NCBI RefSeq assembly: GCF_009914755.1
Contig: NC_060933.1
Length of the DNA: 64,000 bases
Direction: 5' to 3' (one strand)
Source: the human T2T-CHM13v2.0 reference genome, Homo sapiens
The first letter of the stretch is position 1; each line of letters begins with the position of its first letter. The notes beneath the pieces were generated by a model. The model made no database searches, had not been told where the DNA came from, and saw only the letters and a program-made list of their open reading frames with translations. Shown here one piece after another: positions 59,000 to 64,000 of the stretch. The position numbers and the translations under genes are program-made.

Positions 59000-59604
59000 C
59001 CAGTGATCCTCACTGTGCACTCTCTTTGCTGGGCCCAATGGCCTCTTTATTTTCTCCCACATAAGCCTAGTTCATGCCTACATCTCCTTCTTTCTCACGC
59101 CATGCCTTGTCCTTCTCCTCCTCCTCCTCCACCTTCTCTGTCTATCCAAATTCTGCCTCTCCTTCAGTTCACACCTCAAATTCTATATCATTAATTTTTT
59201 ACTTTTTCTTTTCTATATACAAAAGTGTACAAACCATAACTTGCTTAATTTCCACAAGGTGAACATACTTTGTAACAAGCACCTAGATCAGGGAAAAGAA
59301 CGTTAACAGAATCTCAGAACTAAACTAAATCAGTGGTTTAAAATCAAATGCCAGCAGAGGCTGCGCTTTGTAAATATAGTTGAGTAATGACTTATCTTTA
59401 AAAAAAAGAAGATGGGAATCATAAAAAATGCACTATGAATATGGATTATGCAAGGAAGATGACAAAGAATTCTAATCTTAATTTTATATTCAAAACAATA
59501 ACAACAATAAGGAAAGTCTGGACCTACAGACCAACACTAAAAGACTGATGAATTAATATGAATTTCTATGGTTTCTGCTAAAATGAAGTTTTAATGTATC
59601 TTTT

Positions 59605-60085
59605 AAAATTTTTATTTTTATTTTAAGTTCTGAGGTACATGTGTAGGATGTGCGGGTTTGTTACACAGGTAAACGTGTGGCATGGCGGTTTGCTGTACCT
59701 ATCAACCCATCACCTAGGTATTGAGCCCAACATGTGTTAGCTAATTTTCCTAATGTTCTCTCTCCCCACATCCCAACCCCTGACAGGCTCCAGTGTGTGT
59801 TGTTCCCCTTCCTGTGTCCATGTGTTCTCATTGTTCAGCTCCCACTTACAAGTGAGAATATGCGGTGTTTGGTTTTCTGTAGCTGTGTTAGTTTACTGAG
59901 GAAAATGGCTGCCAGCTCCAGCCATGTCCCTGCAAAGGACATGATCTTGTTCCTTTTTATGGCTGCATAGTATTTCATGGTATATATGTACCACAGTTTC
60001 TTTATCCAGTCTATCATTGATGGGCATTTGGGTTGGTTCCACATCTTTGTTATTCTGAATAGTGTTACAATGAACATTTATGTGA
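59605..60085 (-). mobile_element. 5'-truncated L1PA 3' end with ORF2 C-terminus
   Basis: ORF 59835-60077 WNQPKCPSMIDWIKKLWYIYTMKYYAAIK...SKLTQ..KTKHRIFSL matches the L1 ORF2 C-terminus. Confidence 0.95.
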
Positions 60086-60529
60086 AGGTACTTTTAATGT
60101 TTCACTGTTTCGGTCCTAATAAGTAAGGATAATGGCCAGTGGTGATTGTAGGAATAGCAAAAATATGATAAATTTTAGAAAAACTTAGTAATATTGACAA
60201 GACTTTGTTCAATGTCAGAATAAAAGAGAGAGAGGAAAGTGAAAAGAGTTCATATTTCTTGCTTGGACACTTGAGTGGCATCAATAAAGACAGAACATAG
60301 GTAAAGAAAAGGTTGTGAAGGTAGGTACTTTGAGTCTGTGTTTTCTATGGGACATCCAAATACAAGAATCAAGCATATCTGTGGCTATAGGCATTTAAGG
60401 CTTGCAAAGCTGCAAATAAAAAATTGACAAGTTACCTACTTGAAACCATAAGTATGTAAACCAAGGGGCATGTAAGTTTAAAGGGTAGATTAAGGAAGAA
60501 ATACCTGCAAAGGAGAAAGAAATGAAGTG

Positions 60530-61164
60530 CAGTTAATTCCCATTATTCTTCGTAGTCATGGTCTATAAAATCACACAAAAACTGAATTACAGAATACTGA
60601 ACCATTGCTCTAGGCGAAGAACAGGATTAGGTTCCTGTGAACCTCTCTGCACAGCATTTTTATCAACCAATAAATGTATAACCTTGTTTTACGTGTGTTT
60701 CTGCTTAAAGGCACCTTATTTAATATATATTGATTCATTAGCATTGAATTCATGGCCAACAGCACTATAACTGGGGCTTGATTTAAAACATTTTCTTCAT
60801 AAGTCATATCATGGCCTTCTTGTTCTTAGAACATGAGATAGCATTCAAGACTACCCTTGGGGCCCATTTTAAACAGTGACATTACCAACAAGAAGCAAAA
60901 GAATGCCAAAAATTTGGTTACTAAATTGAATGCAAAAGGACACCGATTTTCCAAAGGAGAATGTAAACAAGAAAACAGGTTACTACTGCCTTGTTCGACC
61001 TCAGCTGGGGACACGCACATTCAGCTCCTCAAATTTTTTACTGCTTTGCACATGCCCATGAAAGACTGCAAAAGTGCCACAGGTATGATTTTGGGGTTAC
61101 AAGTGAATTTCAGTGAGTAAACAAATTTTCAAATATGAATTCTGCCAATAATGAGGATCAACTA
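60530..61164. mobile_element. MER6A-like TcMar-Tigger DNA transposon
   Basis: Degenerate TIRs cagttaattcccattatt / aataatgaggatcaacta; internal gaatactgaaccattgctc, ggccaacagcactataact, ccttgttcgacctcagctggg. Confidence 0.85.
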
Positions 61165-62228
61165 TAGCAACAAATGCTTCTAAGGAATTAGGAAAATGTC
61201 ATGTCAATTAGGAGGGCATCGTGAACTTACCAGTTCTAAATCACATAAAGGGAAGAAGTCAGCTTCCAGTGGATTGATGAGCCAATGTGTAGTGAAGTGA
61301 AGGAGAAAGAATGTTTAAAGAATAACTCTAGAAAGTCTGGAGAGGAAGGGCTAGAAAACTGAAAGCTTCCTAAATATAAAAGGATGCATACTTTTTTTTC
61401 TCCAACCAGATTAATGCTACAATGCTTAAACTGAATCTAATATATGTGTTTTCCACCTAATTCGTGAAAGCAATCAAAAAGAGTAGGCATTTTAAAGGTT
61501 TAAAAAGCACCTGCTTGGAAACTATATATGCAGTTTTTGCAGTCAACTTTTTGTAAATAATTCAGTCTTTATGTAGGGCAAGCAGCCCAGAAAGGAAGAG
61601 TCCATTGGTGGCTAACAAAATGACTGTAAAAGGAAATAATAGTGTTTGACACATTTTCCTTTTTACAAATTCTGAGCCTCTTGCCCCAGTTGCAATCAAT
61701 ATTAGCTGACTCAGTAGAGGAACCTGGTTTCCAAATGAGTATTATTCTTTGGGATTCACAAAGTAATGTCTATGCAAACTTAATTGTACCATAGATGTTT
61801 CTAATGCTTAAAAAAATACAAATAAAAAAGCAAACCTTGAAGAGACTATGCCCTCTAAAACTTGCTATAATGCTAAGAAAAACTTTTTAAATTGAAAAAT
61901 GGCATATCCTGAACTTGTTCCTTTAAGGGACCACTAAATATACCCTTTTACATATAAACAACTTAAGTAAAATGAAAGGAACAAAATTCCTCAATTTGCA
62001 GAATGGCTATTGAGTCAACAACCAAAGAGAATTTGCTACAAGAGAAGACAGATGTTTTCAACTTTAAAAAAATTACATAATATCTAAACATATTTCAGAT
62101 GGGAAAAACAGTTTGTGAGAAAGGCCTCTGTGAAACAATTTCTACAGAATTATTTATATTTTCAATTATTTATAGTACATTGTTGGAATAAAAAACAGTG
62201 GAGTAGTGAGAATAAAAGGAGACATTTC

Positions 62229-62530
62229 ATGGGGCACAGTGACTCACACCTGTAATCTCAGCACTCGGGAGGCTGAGGCAGAAGGATCACTGAAGCCCAG
62301 GAGTTTGAGATCAATCTGGGCAACATAGTGAGACCCTGTCTCCACAAAAAAATAAAAAAATTAGTCAGGGTGTGGTGGCATGTGCCTGTAATCCCAGCTA
62401 CTTGGGAGACAGGTGGGAGGATTGCTTGTGCCAGGAACATCAAGACTGCAATGAGCTGTGATCTCACCACTGCATTTCAGCCTGAGCAACAGAGCAAGGT
62501 CTTGCCTCAAATAAATAAATAAATAAATAA
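62229..62530 (+). mobile_element. Alu, AluJ-like
   Basis: ggatcactgaagcccaggagtttgaga, gggcaacatagtgagaccc, (TAAA)n tail. Confidence 0.9.
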
Positions 62531-62699
62531 GAAAGAGAGAGAGAGATTTAAGAAACTGAAAAAAAAAATTGACCAGGTAAGAATGGTTTGACAATTTAGG
62601 TCCAGATGAAGCAAAATACTTTTCAGCGTACAAAATGTTGACCCCTGAAGCTCTAGCTATAGTAAGTAAGTTAGTATGAGTCATTAGAATGGCTAGTGT

Positions 62700-63600
62700 G
62701 GAATTCCACTTTGAGCATGACTAAGTTCCCCCAAGCCTGACAACCAACTGCTCCCACCCCCAAATAAGAACTATAAACTCTGAACAAAATATGGAATCCA
62801 ACTACCTAAAGGCACTGAAGAGTGAACAAGCAAGCAGCTTCTGAAAGAAGTTAACACTTGAAAGACTTGCAACTTTTTTTCTGGCCAAAAGAACTAGAGG
62901 ACAGAGTTCAAAGCAACGACAGCCAATAGAAAGTGAGAGGTGTGCTAGAAAAGTGAGAGGTGTGAAGCTCCAAATTTTTTGTAAAACTCCTGCCCAAATC
63001 TTTGACTAAGTCTTTAACCATGTATGTGCGGAATGGACTCAAAGAGCCCAGGTAAGGATAAAATAACTGTACTGACATTTGAACTTTCTGCGAAACAGTG
63101 TTTACAGTGTGAGTTCAAACAAGTTAATAGTCTGATCAAACAAAAGTTCACTCTTAAGAGAAATAATGGAAACCAGAGAGTCTACAACCTAACCTTTTCA
63201 ATGAACAAGATATGATATAAAAATTAATATACGAATAACCAGAAAAATACAAGCGGAAGTACAGTCAACAAAGATCAATCCAGATATGTTCCAGATGTTG
63301 GATTGACAGACTATGATTTTAAACAACACATCAACAAGTATTTTTAGTATGCTCAAGTATGTAACGAAAAATATGTTCATAATAAATGAAGAAATAGAAA
63401 TCATTAGCAGAGAAATAGAAACTGTAAAAAAAAAAAAAAAAGTAAACTCTACAACTGAAAAAAAAATACCAAATCTGAAATTTAAAACATATTGAATGGG
63501 CTTAAAGCAGAATGGAGAGAGGGAAGAGTCAGGGAACTTAAAAATAGAACACAGGAAATTCAAATAAAATTATTCAATCTGAAAAAGAGAAAGAATGAGT
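62700..63600 (+). mobile_element. Old L1M 5' region / ORF1 N-terminal fragment
   Basis: ORF 63313-63495 (NEEIEIISREIETVKK) resembles the L1M ORF1 coiled coil; aaattattcaatctgaaaaa. Confidence 0.7.
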
Positions 63601-63624
63601 AACTAGGGATGATAGAGACGGATT

Positions 63625-64000
63625 AGCTAAACACTAAACCTGTTTCCCCTTTCTCTTGGGCCTGATGCTGGACTCTATATCCCAGCCCCCATTGCTATTG
63701 CATGTAAATGTATGATGGACTGTTCTGGCTGATGGAGTATACATAGTAGTAAGGCTCACCATTTCCAGTTATGGACCATATAAACTTCCATAACTTCCTC
63801 CACACTCTCTCCTCAACAATCTGTCAGCTGAAGGCAGACATCTAGGATGATCGCAGAGCTTTGCACTGAGGATGGCTCAGCCTCCATTTCTGAAGGATGG
63901 ATGGAGTGCAACCATCTCAAACCCAGCCACATCAGCGAGAGATGAGCTTCCATGGTGTTAAGTTCCTGAGATATTTGGGTTTACTTTTATCTGCAGATAT
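63625..64000 (+). mobile_element. Old MaLR LTR, MLT1H/I-like
   Basis: ctatatcccagcccc...ttctggctgatgga...accatttccag...tgttaagttcctgagatatttggg. Confidence 0.55.

Overview
Primate (human-like) genomic DNA: AT-rich, CpG-depleted and dominated by interspersed repeats. These include about 16 Alu/FLAM/FRAM copies, L1 and L2 fragments, MIRs, an ERVL pol relic, MaLR and ERV1 solo LTRs, and MER5/MER20/MER6 DNA transposons. I find no credible protein-coding exon, RNA gene or CpG island; the recognisable ORFs are Alu-, L1- or LTR-derived, so this looks intergenic or deep-intronic. I cannot name the locus. Repeat subfamily calls come from remembered consensus sequences, and boundaries of old elements are approximate. 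The most notable signals are: (1) seven TEAD core motifs plus an AP-1 site in unique DNA at 33.3-34.0 kb, a candidate YAP/TAZ-type enhancer; (2) several templated-insertion or fold-back scars, two copied from 1.2-1.8 kb away; (3) an intact LTR1 solo LTR with a TATA box and weakened polyA signal, followed by candidate non-coding exons; (4) candidate minus-strand non-coding exons. I found no convincing novel multi-gene system.
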